A stretch of 64,000 nt of DNA from Anthoceros angustus. Its lineage: Eukaryota; Plantae; Anthocerotophyta. The position numbers and the translations under genes are program-made. The notes under the pieces are model-generated. The model was given only the letters and a program-made list of their open reading frames with translations. It was not told the origin of the DNA and made no database searches. The stretch is taken from assembly GCA_010909165.1 (NCBI GenBank), contig MU008163.1, positions 682,001-746,000 on the forward strand, in the 5' to 3' direction. This document shows positions 37,861 to 50,435 of the stretch, in pieces. Position 1 is the first letter of the stretch, and each line of letters begins with the position of its first letter.

Positions 37861-39412
37861 TGTCATGTCTAGGGAGATCGTTTTAAAATCTTCCATGAAG
37901 GCGCAGCCTGCATAGCCTGTCCCAATATGTGTGCGCCGGCTAAAGAAGTCTCAAACAACATAGGTGATGGAAAGAAAATTAGTGGCGCAGTTTATAGAAG
38001 CTATAACATATATTACAAGTTCATTAAGGAGCACAGCAGCAAGCTTGGGTGAAGTCCTGCACTGGGCTTGAGTGCTGATCGTGAAAGACCGCACTTGTCT
38101 TCAGGGCACACAAGGAGAAAGCTTATCTCCGTGTTTGCTTGCATTGATTAACCATTAAAGTGAACATTTTTTTCATCCTCTAGCTTCTTCCAGTGAAACC
38201 TTTGTGTCAAGAGAGCAGGAACTTTTGCCTCATGTACATCGTGCCGACTTCACATTGAAACAAGAGGCTCACACGGCCATCATTCAATTCAAACGATAAA
38301 TTAAGAATTGAAAATTTGGATGAAATCTTCGAGAACAAACTTTTACTTGACCTCCAAGCAAGATTGTCATCGGATTCAGAACTGCAGATCTACGCTCCAG
38401 TGGCAAAAAGATTGCTTCAAAAGTATATTGTGCTATGTTTCTTATTTTGCTGTACACAATGTGAAGAAGCTTGTAGTCTTCTCTCCTGCCTGGCTTATCA
38501 CCCTTGAGCTTTCTGTGCTGGTACTGCTTGACTGACCATTGACCCCATCACGCCATCTGTATGCTGTATGAATTGCTACCGAACTTGAGTACATCCCTCT
38601 TGGCTGAAGGTCGTGTTGCACATCCAGTGTGTGAGTTTTGTAAGCTGCTTGAGCCTCGAAGGCCTGCCCACAGCTGTGCTCATTGTGAGCCCCTCTCCTC
38701 ATACATGTGATAAGCCATTCTTCCCTGGTAAATCATCGAAGTCACAGAATCGTCAGAAGTCGTCCCATGATACTTTCACCCTACTTTTATCTTGCAAGAA
38801 ACCCTGAGTTAACACTGACGGACTTCTCTACTTCCAAAACCTGAAAAGCAAACAATATGGTGAACTTGCTTGCTAAGAGCTCATGTGGAGAGCAACTTTA
38901 GAGTAACTACCCTTGTGACACGTGCAAATCGGGTGGTGACTTGTGTGACTGGGTGGCAGTGCAGATGGCTGAAGCGCACTGGTCAACATGTAAGCACTTG
39001 GAAGATGGTGCAACAGCAGAGGAATGACGACCTATGTACACGCGTTCCTGTTCTGCTTAACCACACCCATAGTTTGGACGTGTAGGTCACGTCTTCCCAC
39101 ACACATACGGGTCTCGAGCTGGAGTCTCGAAACCGCCAGTGCTGCTGCTATGCAAGCCCCCGGCACCCTGAGCCCGTCGCCATTGCGCGCCCAAGCCGTC
39201 GCCATCTCACAGCTTCTCCATCCGCACCGCTCAACTGCCCGAAGACTCCCGGGAGTCAGCCACCGTCCATTGACTGACTGACTGCCGCCTATAATAGCAT
39301 CGCCGCAGAAGCATAACCTCGACCCCATCTTGTCTCCTGTCAACTCCACCAGCCCTCCGGACTCTCCCTTCATCGCAGCGCAGACCTCTCAGAAATCGGC
39401 TCTCGGTGCGAG

Positions 39413-40225
39413 ATGGCCCCCTACAATGCATCGTCGGTTATTGCAATGGTCGCAGGCCTGGTGGCAGCCAGCTTCCTCCTGGTCGCCGTGCACGGTATGT
39501 AAATCCCCCACCTCGAGATCCCCTGCATTTGATTCAATAAATATTGCAACCATCGGACAGCAAGAACCTTGCTCTTGCAAGAAGATCTCCAACACATGCG
39601 TTGTGACATATTCTGACAAATTTCTTTCCTTGATGTCATCTCTGTCTCAGGCTGCACTGTGACAATCCAGAACCGCTGTTCCTACGCGGTCACAAGTTGC
39701 GCGCAGTCCCAATCCAGCCCCATCGCGCAGTACCAGCTGAGCGCCGGACAATCCCAGACGCTGGACTTCGGATCAGGATGCAGCTGGCCGTCGGCTGCAG
39801 TATGGGCGTCCGTGACAGGGCAGTGCGTGGCTGCTGGAGGGAACCCAAGCGCTGCTAGCGACAGGAACCGGGCCAATCTTGCGGAATTCAACATCGCCAG
39901 CCCCACCGACTACTACGATCTCAGCAACGTGAACGCCTACACCATCGGGCTCAAGATCGAGCCTGTGGGCAGCAGCTGTGGTGCGCCCTCCTGCACCATA
40001 TCCGACATCCGCTCCTTCTGCACCGCCAACAACCAGCTGCAAACTCTGCCCTCGGGCGCGCTCACCTGCATCAACACCGACGGCGCAGCAGGCCTGGGCC
40101 CCACGGACGGCACCCGAGAGTTCAAGGCTGCCTGTCCCTCTGCCTACAGCTACAACTACGACGACGCCACTTCCACCTTCGCTTGTGCCCATGGCACCAA
40201 CTACAACGTCATCTTCTGCCCATAA
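39413..40225 (+). CDS. Secreted thaumatin-like protein (PR-5), 218 aa; exons 39413-39494 and 39651-40225
   Basis: Signal peptide MAPYNASSVIAMVAGLVAASFLLVAVHG, phase-1 GT-AG intron, TIQNRCSY, LAEFN, DYYDLSNV, FKAACPSAYSYNYDD, YNVIFCP-stop; frame intact. Confidence 0.93.
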
Positions 40226-40717
40226 AGCCATTTCTTCCGTACCCTGCCCTGCCCTTGCTTTGAATAGAATTCTTCTTCTTCATCTATGACACAAGAGAGC
40301 ATCCGCATCCCGAGATACTTTCTCGTCTTCTGCCACTTCTTCCATGCCATGCCGATGAAGAATGGCAATAGAACAGAATAGAGTTCTTTATAATAGAATT
40401 CTTTTCCTCATCGAGAAAGACAAAGAGTGTATCCGCATCCAGATCCGAGATACTTTTATTTTTTATCTTTATAAAAGGGAAGGCCTCACTATTATTTTCT
40501 AGATATGAGGGGAAGTTCCTTTTCTTGTTTGTACTCGTCTTCCACATACATAAAAGGACATTATAAACGAAAGGGTTGAAGTGCCTTTCGGGTTCCCGCG
40601 CTTCCACACCTCGAAAGACAGGGGCAGCGCATTCCCGCGATTCCACACCTCTTCACTTCGTCTGGCTGTGTACCAGCCTCCTTTAGGCTTGCAGCTCGAT
40701 CGGACCCGGGTGCTTTG

Positions 40718-43280
40718 GATGAGCATGATGGGGTTGGATTCCTTGCAGCTCCTTGGGATCGGGAAGGCTTGGATGGAGACGATGGCGTTGGATGTCAATG
40801 TGGCGGCCAGCACCGATTTCTGGGTCGGCATGGCCCTGGGGCATATGCCGCTGTTGGCCGTGGTGATGGTGTACCTCTACTCCCGCTCCTGGTGGTGAAG
40901 AGAGCCAACGGCCAGGTCCCGCCAGGAAGCTTCTGGCAGATACCGGTGGTGGGTGAGAGCATCCAGCTGCTCAGCGGGAACCCCGACCGCTTCATGCTTC
41001 CCAAGATCCGCAAGTAAGTCGTGTAGGTTTATGCATCCTCATCTTGTGTTTTGGATGCTGTAGGAGAACAGCTGCTGCGAAGGGATAGATCTGTAGGTTT
41101 TGCGGGCCCGCGCGTGCAGGTACAGGAAGAACTTCCGAACGCACTTGCTCAGCCATCCCACGGTGTGCGTGACCACGGTGGAGGCCACCAGATTCGTGTT
41201 GCAGCACCCCAGCCTCTTCGCACCAACTACCAGGCCTCGCAGAACGACATCCTGGGTCCAGATGCCATCAGTCAAGTGGACGGGGAGATGCACACCGTGT
41301 ACCGGAAGATCATCAAGTCCTCGCTTACCACGGACGGGCTCAGGACGCTGGCGTCACACATTGACGCGGCGGCCAAGAGCTGGGTTGCTGCCATGGCCGA
41401 CAAGGATCACATGGAATCTGTGAGGGCGCTTAAGGATGTAGGTGGCTTGAATAGATGTAGTGATCAGCTGATAGCCTGTGTCAAAGCTCGTCTTTTCTGT
41501 GATGGGCTACCTCTTATCTGAAGTCCGTGTGTGCCTGTGTGGATGGTATGTGCGACTCATGTGCAGTTTACGTTCTGCGTGGCGATGCGTCTCATGTGCG
41601 ACGACTGGGAACCGTCTATCGAGCTGGATCGGTTTCGGCAGGACGTTGGTACCGTGGAGCATGGCCTCTTGGTGGTCCCACTCAGGGTTCCCGGAAGTGC
41701 GTGGAGTAAGGCTGTGGAGGTATGGTGGAAGGGTTTGAATCTTGAGAGCCGGGTCCTTGACTGCACAAAGCGTACCATAGATGTACTGATGTATGGGGTG
41801 ATGAACATTCTGATTTTCTTGGCCGTAGGGATCTGGAAGAGCCTTCAAGTTCTTGCAGCATCTTATGGACAAGAGACGAAAAGGGCCGACTGCAACATGA
41901 CGATATGCTTCAGCAGTTCTTGTCTTGGGAGAGTGATGACGGAGAGAAGCTGAGTGACGCGCAGATCAGATCCAACATGCTTACTGTCCTCTTTGCAGCT
42001 CATGATACCACAACGTGTGCCCTGATGTGGGTTCTGTACAACATGTGCCAGTATCCAGAGCTCGCAAAGCGAGTCCGAGTAAGTCAGATCGTGCTCACTA
42101 ATTTTCCGAGACTTCGTGATGTTTGTGATGTGCTCTGCATCCTTGCCTTGTAGATGTAAGGTTTATGGTTGTTTGAATTTGTGGTGCGTGCAGGATGAGC
42201 ATGAGGAGTTTGCAAGGACAACCCTCCAGACGCCGCTATCAAATGGGAGGAAATGACCAGGGCACTGACTTACACTACTCGAGTACGTCTAATTCCAGTT
42301 AGCCCCACTCTGTGCCTTCTTCTTCACAGCGTTTGCAAGTGAAATCTTCAGCCGCACTGTTGAGACCTCCGGTGAACTTTCAAGTTCCTTCGTGCTCACG
42401 TTTGTGTGGTATGTGCTCCTGAATTCGACATGCTGCCAGTTTTGCAAGAGACAATGAGACTGGTTAACATTGCGGGTTTCAGCCCTCGCAAAGCAAAAGA
42501 GGATGTGGTGTTGGATGGTAAGCACTTCTGGAAAGACTTCTCTTAGATATCGTGCTGTACATGATAATGTTTTCATGTTGTCACCTAAGAGCCCTCCTGA
42601 CCTCGTCCGCATATATCTGCATCGTCATGATGACAAGTTGGGTTTTTCTCTTTCAGGCATGCTGATTCCAAAAGGCTGGCAGGTGCTTACATGGTACCGC
42701 TATTTCCATCTGGACTCAGAGGTGTACCCTGATCCGCTAAGATTTGATCCTGATCGATTTCAGGTAACAAACGTTTACCAAAGTTCTCGGATTGTAGCAT
42801 GGGCTTCATTTGTGATTGAAGGCAAGATCACTTACTCGATGGGCACAACTTACATGCAAAGAGTGGTTGCTGCTGTCCGGAGTGATCATCTGTTCTGGTG
42901 GGTAGGTTCCCTTCGGCAGTTCGTGTCTTGGCCACTGACTAGACCTTTGGAATGTTCACCAGGCGAAGCCCAAGTTCAATACCTTCACACCTTTTGGTAA
43001 CGGAGACCGAATCTGTGTTGGAAAAGATCTGGCGAGACAGCAGATTCTCATTTTTCTGCATCGTTTTCTACAAGTGTTTGAGTAAGACACACTGCATCCC
43101 GTAGCAGCCATCGAGCTTGAAATCACCTTCAAGAGTACTCACGGCTCCTGGATGTTGTGTGCACTCATCTGAGTTCGAGCCTGCAGGGTAGTTCCTTTCC
43201 CGAAGCAGCATGTCTGGCCCATTCCCTACCCGGCAGACGGTTTTCCGCTGACGCTGCGGAAGAAGGAGAATTCAAACTAG
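40718..43280 (+). CDS. CYP85-clan cytochrome P450, 9 exons (~40718-41013, 41120-41437, 41567-41719, ~41829-42078, 42194-42282, ~42440-42517, 42657-42763, 42963-43081, ~43187-43280); several 1-nt frameshifts as assembled
   Basis: PPGS hinge, I-helix LFAAHDTT, ETMR, IPKGWQV, PDPLRFDPDRF, heme motif FGNGDRICVG, and a CYP85-clan-like intron pattern. At least three breaks are single-base losses (~40890, ~41219, ~42440). Confidence 0.88.
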
Positions 43281-44039
43281 AGCAATGAGTTGCTGATCAA
43301 CTGTCAGACCAATGAAGAACATACGGTCCTGGCTGAAGGCAGTGAAGGAGGCTTTCCTTCGCGGCTTTGTGCGCGAGACCGAACTCCCCATAATCTTATT
43401 CGTGAGCCAACATGTGAAACATTGCTTGTCGAGAAGTGCATGACTTGTTCTAAACGTAACGACTAGCTTTCCTAGATCTGAAAGAGAATTTTTAATTACT
43501 ACGCTGGTTTACTATAGGGAATCCAACAAACTCGTGGCTGCAGACACCATAACTTGATGCCCTTGTTCTCGGAAGGTAGCGTTCGGCATGAGCCATGGCG
43601 CCGGTACCCATGACCATCTTCTGATGGGTCGCGAAGCTTTGTCCTTGCATAACACCATAGACACCAAAGGAGGGATACCTGCATGTCCTACATGTCCTGA
43701 CTATCCTGGCATCAGGCCTAGCAGATCAAATTACCCCGTCTGTTCTGTTTGACCAAGTCCATCAAAAGACTCTTTGAGCATCTTCCAAGCTGCCCTACTT
43801 TGCATACCATTTTATTGCACTGCAGGCTACAAACTTATCACCTTCATGTCCGTGTCCAGCATTATTTTGCACATGAAGCTGCTTCCCCGTCCCAAAGCTG
43901 TGCTGCCTGTAGATGTGTTGAGGCCTGTAGATAGACCAACTAGGAGCGGGTGCAGAGAGAGGTCGAAGAGCTGAAGCTGCGATCGCGCACATGAAGGCGA
44001 GCGGCTCATAGGCGAGGGGTTTAGTTCTCTGTCCCCCTC

Positions 44040-46470
44040 AACTGGATAATCCAAGTGTCTGCCAGAATTTCTTGGCCAGCAGGGGTTAGGTGGCCCTCAG
44101 GTAGGGTTCCTCAACCCGGGTCTTGAGGTCTTATAAAGATAACGAGTCCTGCAGCATGGTATCGGGCTCATGCTGGATGAGTCGAAGCACATCAGCGACA
44201 GTCTGGCCTCGGCCACACTCAATATCATAACCCACCGCTCCCTTCGCTCAGTGACCCGCACAATATTGCTGTTGCCGAACAAGTTGTGCGTGTTCCCGAG
44301 GAATAGGAATCTCCTGATGGCCACCTGCACGGATCATGCCCATGTAGTAGAACTTGCCAGGCTGCAAGGCCTGCACCTCAGGTAGTGGTTCGGGTTGCCA
44401 TACACGTCCTTGCACATCTTGCCATGATTAGGGTCATTCAAATGAACAAAGTCGTTGCATAAATATATGAATGTGCAAATAAACTTTCTCAAACATATGG
44501 GCATCCAATGAATGTTCGATTCATTTTCAATGACCATGAAATGGACACGGCCGCTTCATAGTGTGCGCCCGGATGCGCGAGACTCGATCACGAAGGTCGT
44601 GGATTCGGATCCTGATCCGGAGGAGGATCCATATCCTGCATTGCAGCTCCAGGTGCAGTAGGAACAGGCCGAGCCGGCTTCTTCCGCTTGGACCTTGACC
44701 TGAATGCGGGTGGAAACAGGTGGAGTGGAGGAGGAGCTGGGCCAGACATGTGAGATGAACGTAGTCTAGGATACGGCTGCTACTGCTGCAATCCACCGAC
44801 AGTGCTTGCTTGGGTCCAAGGTCGAGGAACTAGTACGCTGGGTCTGGCTGGAATGCTTGTCGAGCAGCTGGTGTGTGAGGTTCCGGCTCCTGCTCCTGCT
44901 TGGAACATGCCAACCAATCCCTAGGCACCACAGCCAGCGGTAGCACCAGCGGCATGAGCAGCCACCTGCAAACGTACCGGCGGGACATGGAGGTCCTTTT
45001 CTAGATCCTCAAACAGCAGCCCCTGGACAAACATCCACACAGACCCAACATACCAATTCCTCGACCTTGGGCCAGGACTCTTGGTGGATTGCAGCAGGAG
45101 CATCAGCCGGGTCCGACACCAGGTTTACCTCACATCATGCTTCATCTCACATCATGCTTCAAGCAAATGTCCCAGCTCCTCCTCCACTCCAATTGTTCCC
45201 ACCCGCACTCAATATCCAACCGCAAGAAACCGCCTCGGCCTGGTCCTGTTGCACCTGAAGTTGCAATGCAGGATATGGGTCCTCCTCTGGATCAGGATCC
45301 GAATACACAGCCTCGTGATCGCCTCCACTCCAGTTCTGACGCAGACAATCAAGCAAAGTATCTGAAGCTCCAAGCAAAAGGATGCAGGGGGAGTTGCCCG
45401 GAGGAACCTGCTCCGTTCCCAAACCTGCTCCTCCTCCGATCCCATGCCTTCAGATAGAGCTTCCGCCACCTCCCAGGCCAGTTGTTCCCATGGCATTAGC
45501 TGCTGATGCTCATACCCATCCTGATGCGGAATAACCGGAAGCAGTGCAGCAACTCTATGCCATGGACTACTTCACACCCCTCAGTTGCTGCACTTACTCA
45601 GACCAAGTACATCAAACCACTAGAGGCTGCATTGGAACTTGGTCCTCCCCATCCTCGCTTGCAGGTTGCATCCTGGACCCTCACCACGCTGAGCCCCAGG
45701 CCCCTCACCACCCAATCCGAAGTGAAAATGGAGCATCTGCAAGCAGTCCAGCATGCCCACCGCCCTCACCTTGCCCACCACCTCACACAAGTTCCGGGAT
45801 GTCAGACCAAACTTGCCATCATCCTCGAAGGTCTTCCCCACTGACCACCGCGCTTCGTGCTCAGCTTCGCCCTAAAGCCGATGACGGGCTTCACGTCCAT
45901 GTCCCGGCTGGTTGCCACCATGATGTCGGACTCGTGGTCCTGCTCCAACACGATGATGGAGTTGAGCTGCATCTTCCTGGCTGTTAGGCCAAGGGCGATG
46001 TGCTCTGCGCCCTTACCACTGCAAATCACAAAAGCTCGGGGACCGGCCTTGCATACGCACTCCATCACCATCAGAAGTCCGGCTTGGACCCCGGTTCCAG
46101 GCCATAGTCGAGTCCCCTCCGGTACTCCATGATGTCCCCCACGATCTGCCGGTCCGGATTGCACTTCATTGGGAAAACCCCACGGAACACTCCGCTGTAG
46201 TCCTGACTGACAATGGCCTCAACAAAGGCATTGCTCAAAGTATAAAGCATGTGCCTTAGAATGTCTAGGAACCACATGATGAGGGTGTGCCCGACCCCGA
46301 GGCTAGCCCTGCCCACGATCTGCTCCACGGCCTCCTGCACATCAATCTCCTCTCCTGCCTGCGTGTCCTGCCCGTGAGGCTGCACACACATACATGTGCC
46401 CCATTGTGAAGTATGGGCCCCCCCCATACGTCCACGCTGCACGTGCTGAAGGACTGTACTACGCGAAGCC
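44040..46470 (-). pseudogene. ADC: Arginine decarboxylase pseudogene (N-part ~46470-45715, C-part ~44435-44040, middle replaced)
   Basis: WGGPYF..EID..GVFPMKCNPDR (PLP Lys)..[41 protein letters not shown]; C-terminal YYMGM..HNLFGNSNIVRV..DVLRLIQHEPDTM. Intronless like plant ADC; frameshifted. Confidence 0.88.
44597..45308. repeat. Long imperfect inverted repeat (arms ~44597-44880 and ~45010-45308)
   Basis: 44600 GGATTCGGATCCTGATCCGGAGGAGGATCCATATCCTGCATTGC pairs with 45252-45305; 44785-44845 pairs with 45040-45097. Confidence 0.85.
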
Positions 46471-46569
46471 CATGCCCATGACCATGCCCAAGTCCAGCTG
46501 CAGGCTAGCGCGCTGTAGCGTCCTTGTGTGTGAGGAGCTCGACTTCCGCTGGGTGGGGCCATTTCACCT

Positions 46570-48130
46570 TCCTTCCCCACGCCACTCCATCACACGCACC
46601 TGACACAAATGTACCCACCCACACACGTCTTTTAGGTAACAGATTCATAACCAACAAAGTCAGGCTTGCAAGCAACGGTGTGCAAAAACTCTGTTTGTAA
46701 ACAGCTTTCTTTTTTCTCTTCATCAACAACTATCAGTAGACAAAGGTAAATATTCGTCTTTCAGCAGGAAGACGGAAACAAGGTCTTCTCTGACAACTGT
46801 CTGCAAGAACCCTAAACATCAGTCTACGAACGTGTAAAACACCAGTCCACAACTCCCCATCACGATGTATGTATGGATTTATGGGTACAACATGGCCAGC
46901 AGCTGCAGCACAAAAACAAACCAACATGACGGAAAGACATACACATAGAAGCGTCGCCGCTAGCGCTGCATCCAACCCTATACGGACGCGCGCGTGAGTT
47001 CACGCATTGCAGCACTAGGCTACACGGCCACAGCGTACTACTCTGCAGAACAGCTAAGAGCGGAGAAACAAGGTAGAAACATGCGGAGGGCACAGCACTA
47101 GCAGGACACCTCCAGGACAGGAAGCACCTGAACTTGAGCGGCTGAAGGCTGCAGAAAGCCGACGGGAGCTGGCTGTGGAGGCGCGGTGGGCTAACACAAG
47201 CCGGGTCTCGAGCAACACAGCAATGCAATGCAAGAACGCCAATCACTCCACGAACTCAACACTGGTCAGTCCACAACTCCCCATCATGGTGCGTACATCA
47301 ACTATGTATGTAGGGGTAAGACATGGCCGCTACCCGGCCGTCGACATGGAGAAAACGTACAAACAGCCAGGGTTAGGGGAGCTTACCTCGGGGACAGGAA
47401 ACACCAAAAGGCTGAAAGCTGTAGAAAGCCTACGGGATCAACTCCTGTGGAGTCACAAGCTGGATCTCGAGCTACCACTCACAGCAGCAGCTTCAAGCAA
47501 GCGTCCCTGCCACGTTAACCTCGCTCGGCAGCCAATCCATGCTCCATAGAAACCGGTGCCCGCAACGGAGGAACAGCTAGCGCTACCAAGGCAAGGCAGC
47601 GTGAGGTGCCTACAGCACCAGGACACTAGGGCGGCGCGGGCTGCAGATCCACACAACGCGGGAGGGCGAGCGGGCGGAAGACCCCTGCGGCAGGGTAGGG
47701 TAGGATAGCGCGCCACTCCATCACACGCACCTGAAACAAATGTACCCACCACGCACGTCTCTTAGGTAACAGATGTCAGCACCATAACCAGCAAAGGCAG
47801 GCTTTGCAAGCAACGGTGTGCAAAAACGCTGTAAAATGGGTACGATATGGCCAGCCGCCGCAGCACAAAACAAACAAACACGACCGAAAGGCCGACAGAC
47901 ACAAGCATCACCGCGTTCCGCTAAACAAACACAAGCGTCACCGCTGCATCCAAACCCTACACGGATGTGCGCGCGAGTTCATGCATTGCAGCTCTAGGCT
48001 ACAGCGACAGCTTACCACACATGGAAGAAACACAGAAATATCCAGGGCAGATCGGGAGCTTACCTCGAGACAGGCAGCAGCAAAGGCTGAAGGCTGCAAA
48101 GCGTCGACAGGAGAAGCTCCTGGTATACAC
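46570..48130. repeat. Locally duplicated, diverged repeat blocks upstream of the ADC pseudogene
   Basis: CCACTCCATCACACGCACCTGA at 46582 and 47713; CAGTCCACAACTCCCCATCA at 46843 and 47267; further copy at ~51290-52250. Confidence 0.65.
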
Positions 48131-48646
48131 AAGCAAGGCTGTGGAGCTCATCCAAGGGTGCAATCTTTCTAAACGCACACCTCAGCCTCCTTAGCAGCCC
48201 AAACCTCCAGACATGATGGTCAGTTTCATGCCATTGTGCTTAACTAACTTGCAGGTCAAGAAGATGTCAATCCGAATCTGATGCACAATGCATAAAATCT
48301 ACCAGCAGGGTTTAGGGTTCGCACTCTTTGTATGTAACATGCTGATATCACAACCCACAGGTTGAACCTTTCTCCATAGCAGGGGAATTCGTGGCAACAG
48401 AGAAGAAGTTCCGCTTTCACGAAGAAATCGTCCTTTCTCCATTGCACTCCCAGCTGTCACGGTTGTAGAACTATGAAAGAAGCTGGAGTCGGGCTTCAAG
48501 CAGGTGTGGAGAAGTGGTTGCAGTACCGGCAATCTTATTTATTACTAGACTTTCGCTTCAAGCATCCTAAAAGAAACAGGCCTAGCGACAAAATGAGATG
48601 GCCAGATGGAGAACCATTTCTTCCATAGCAGGATATGGAAATGGCT

Positions 48647-49464
48647 TTATGGACAGAAGATGACATTGTAGCTGGTGTAATGTGCGCAAGAGAATAGGGA
48701 AGAGCCGTCGTCGTAGTTGTAGCTGTAGGATGAGGGGCAGGCGGACTCGAACTCCCGGGTGCCGTCGGTGGGGCCTCTGCCGGCGGCGCCGTCAGTGTTG
48801 ATGCAGGTGAGGGCGCCGGAAGGCATAGCTCGCAGCTGGTTGTTGGCGGTGCAGAAGGAGGCGATGTCGCGGATGCTGCAGGAGGGCGTCTCGCATCTGC
48901 TGCCCACGGGCTCGATCTTGAGCCCGATGGTGTAGGCGTTCACGTTGCTGAGATCGTAGTAGTCGGTGGGGCCGACGAGGTTGAATTCCGCAATGTTGGC
49001 CAGGTTCCTGTCGCTGGCGGCACTAGGGTTCCCTCCGGCAGCCACACACTGGCCTGTCACGGACGCCCATACTGCCGCCGACGGCCAGACGCCTCCCGGC
49101 CCGAAGTCCATGGTCTGCGACCCCCCCATGGGCAGCCTGTACTGCGCGATGGGATCGCCGCGGGACTGCGCACAAGCTGTGACCGCGTAGGTGCAGCGGT
49201 TCACTATTGTCACGGTGGAGCCTACAGCGAGAGATGGAGAGACAGACGACATGTGTCAAAACCATGCACCGAACATCTTGTAATAGCAAGCGCAAGCTTC
49301 TTGCTGGGTCCGATCATCGATGCAACAGTAAATCAAATGCAGTGGCCAAGATTGAGGAGATTTGCAAGGTCGAGGATTTCCATACCGTGCACGGCGACCA
49401 CCAGGAAGCTGGCTGCCACCAGAGTGGCCATTGCAAGAACGGACGATGCATTGTAGGTGGCCAT
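48647..49464 (-). CDS. Secreted thaumatin-like protein (PR-5), 217 aa; exons 49464-49386 and 49221-48647
   Basis: Signal peptide MATYNASSVLAMATLVAASFLVVAVHG, same phase-1 intron, intact thaumatin domain; paralog of 39413-40225. Confidence 0.93.
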
Positions 49465-49826
49465 GTCGTGCCCGGAGCCGATTTCCGACAGGTCGGTGGC
49501 ACGGTAGCTCAGCTGCGCACAAATCAATGGAGAGTCTGACTCAATGCAACACTAGTCAACATATGTATCAGCATCAACGGCTCGGACTCAATGCAGCAGT
49601 ACTCAACATATACGTCTATGTTGATGTTGAGGCTCTTGTTATAAAAACCATGGACTCTAAATCTATGTCCAATCAACACACTTGAGAGTGCAAACATACA
49701 AATCCAGACAATAATAGATAATACTTACATAGAAATCTGAATATGTTAGCCTCATTGAGCACTACATATATAGTCTCTATACTTGGCATAATCTCGATAC
49801 TATAAATTTAATCTCGATCATAATAA

Positions 49827-50020
49827 TATTAATCATAATATTAATCATACTATTAATCATACTATTAATCATAATATTAATCATACTATTAATCATACTA
49901 TTAATCATACCATTAATCATACTATTAATCATACTATTAATCATACTATTAATCATACTATTAATCATACTATTAATCATAATATTAATCATACTATTAA
50001 TCATACTATTAATCATAATA
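49827..50020. repeat. 12-bp AT-rich minisatellite (TATTAATCATA[C/A]) x~16
   Basis: Direct reading of the tandem units. Confidence 0.95.
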
Positions 50021-50385
50021 TAATATTAATAGTACTAATATTAATTATTTTAATTAATATAAATTAATCTAAGTCATTTTGATGAGATTTGTGAGTATGT
50101 CAGGAGCTACCACATTCCACTAATGACTCTCACCTATGATCGTTTCCTGCAAAACCCTTCTTGTTCGTTCCATTAACACTTAGTGGAGTTCCCAAATTTG
50201 CTAGAGTTGCTTGGACTAGTATATAGTAATATCCATATAAATTCATAGTCAGCAGGATTATGCTGATTTCAAAGACTATAGAAGTAGTAGCTGTGCCAAT
50301 GGTTGTTATAACTTTCTAGAAAACTGTTACGCGGGCACAGCGTTTGGAAATATGCCAATGGGTGTTATAACTTTCTACAAAAGTT

Positions 50386-50435
50386 CCTAATCCTGAACCC
50401 TTTAACTCTTAACACCTAAGACCCTAAACTCTAAA
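50386..50435 (+). repeat. Degenerate plant-telomere-like (CCCTAAA) tract
   Basis: CCTAATCCTGAACCCTTTAACTCTTAACACCTAAGACCCTAAACTCTAAA; 7-nt periodicity with only one perfect unit. Confidence 0.5.

Noticed and set aside
37950-38460. Possible exon remnant (NDKLRIENLDEIFENKLLLDLQARLSSDSELQIYAPVAKRLLQK)
   Set aside because: Protein-like, but no recognisable family or consistent gene structure.
44040-46470. Bacterial speA contamination or a functional ADC
   Set aside because: The motifs are plant-type (KCN, QHEP), it is flanked by spliced plant genes, and the central part is missing.
49777-50016. ORF MINSMINS...
   Set aside because: Translation of the 12-bp minisatellite.
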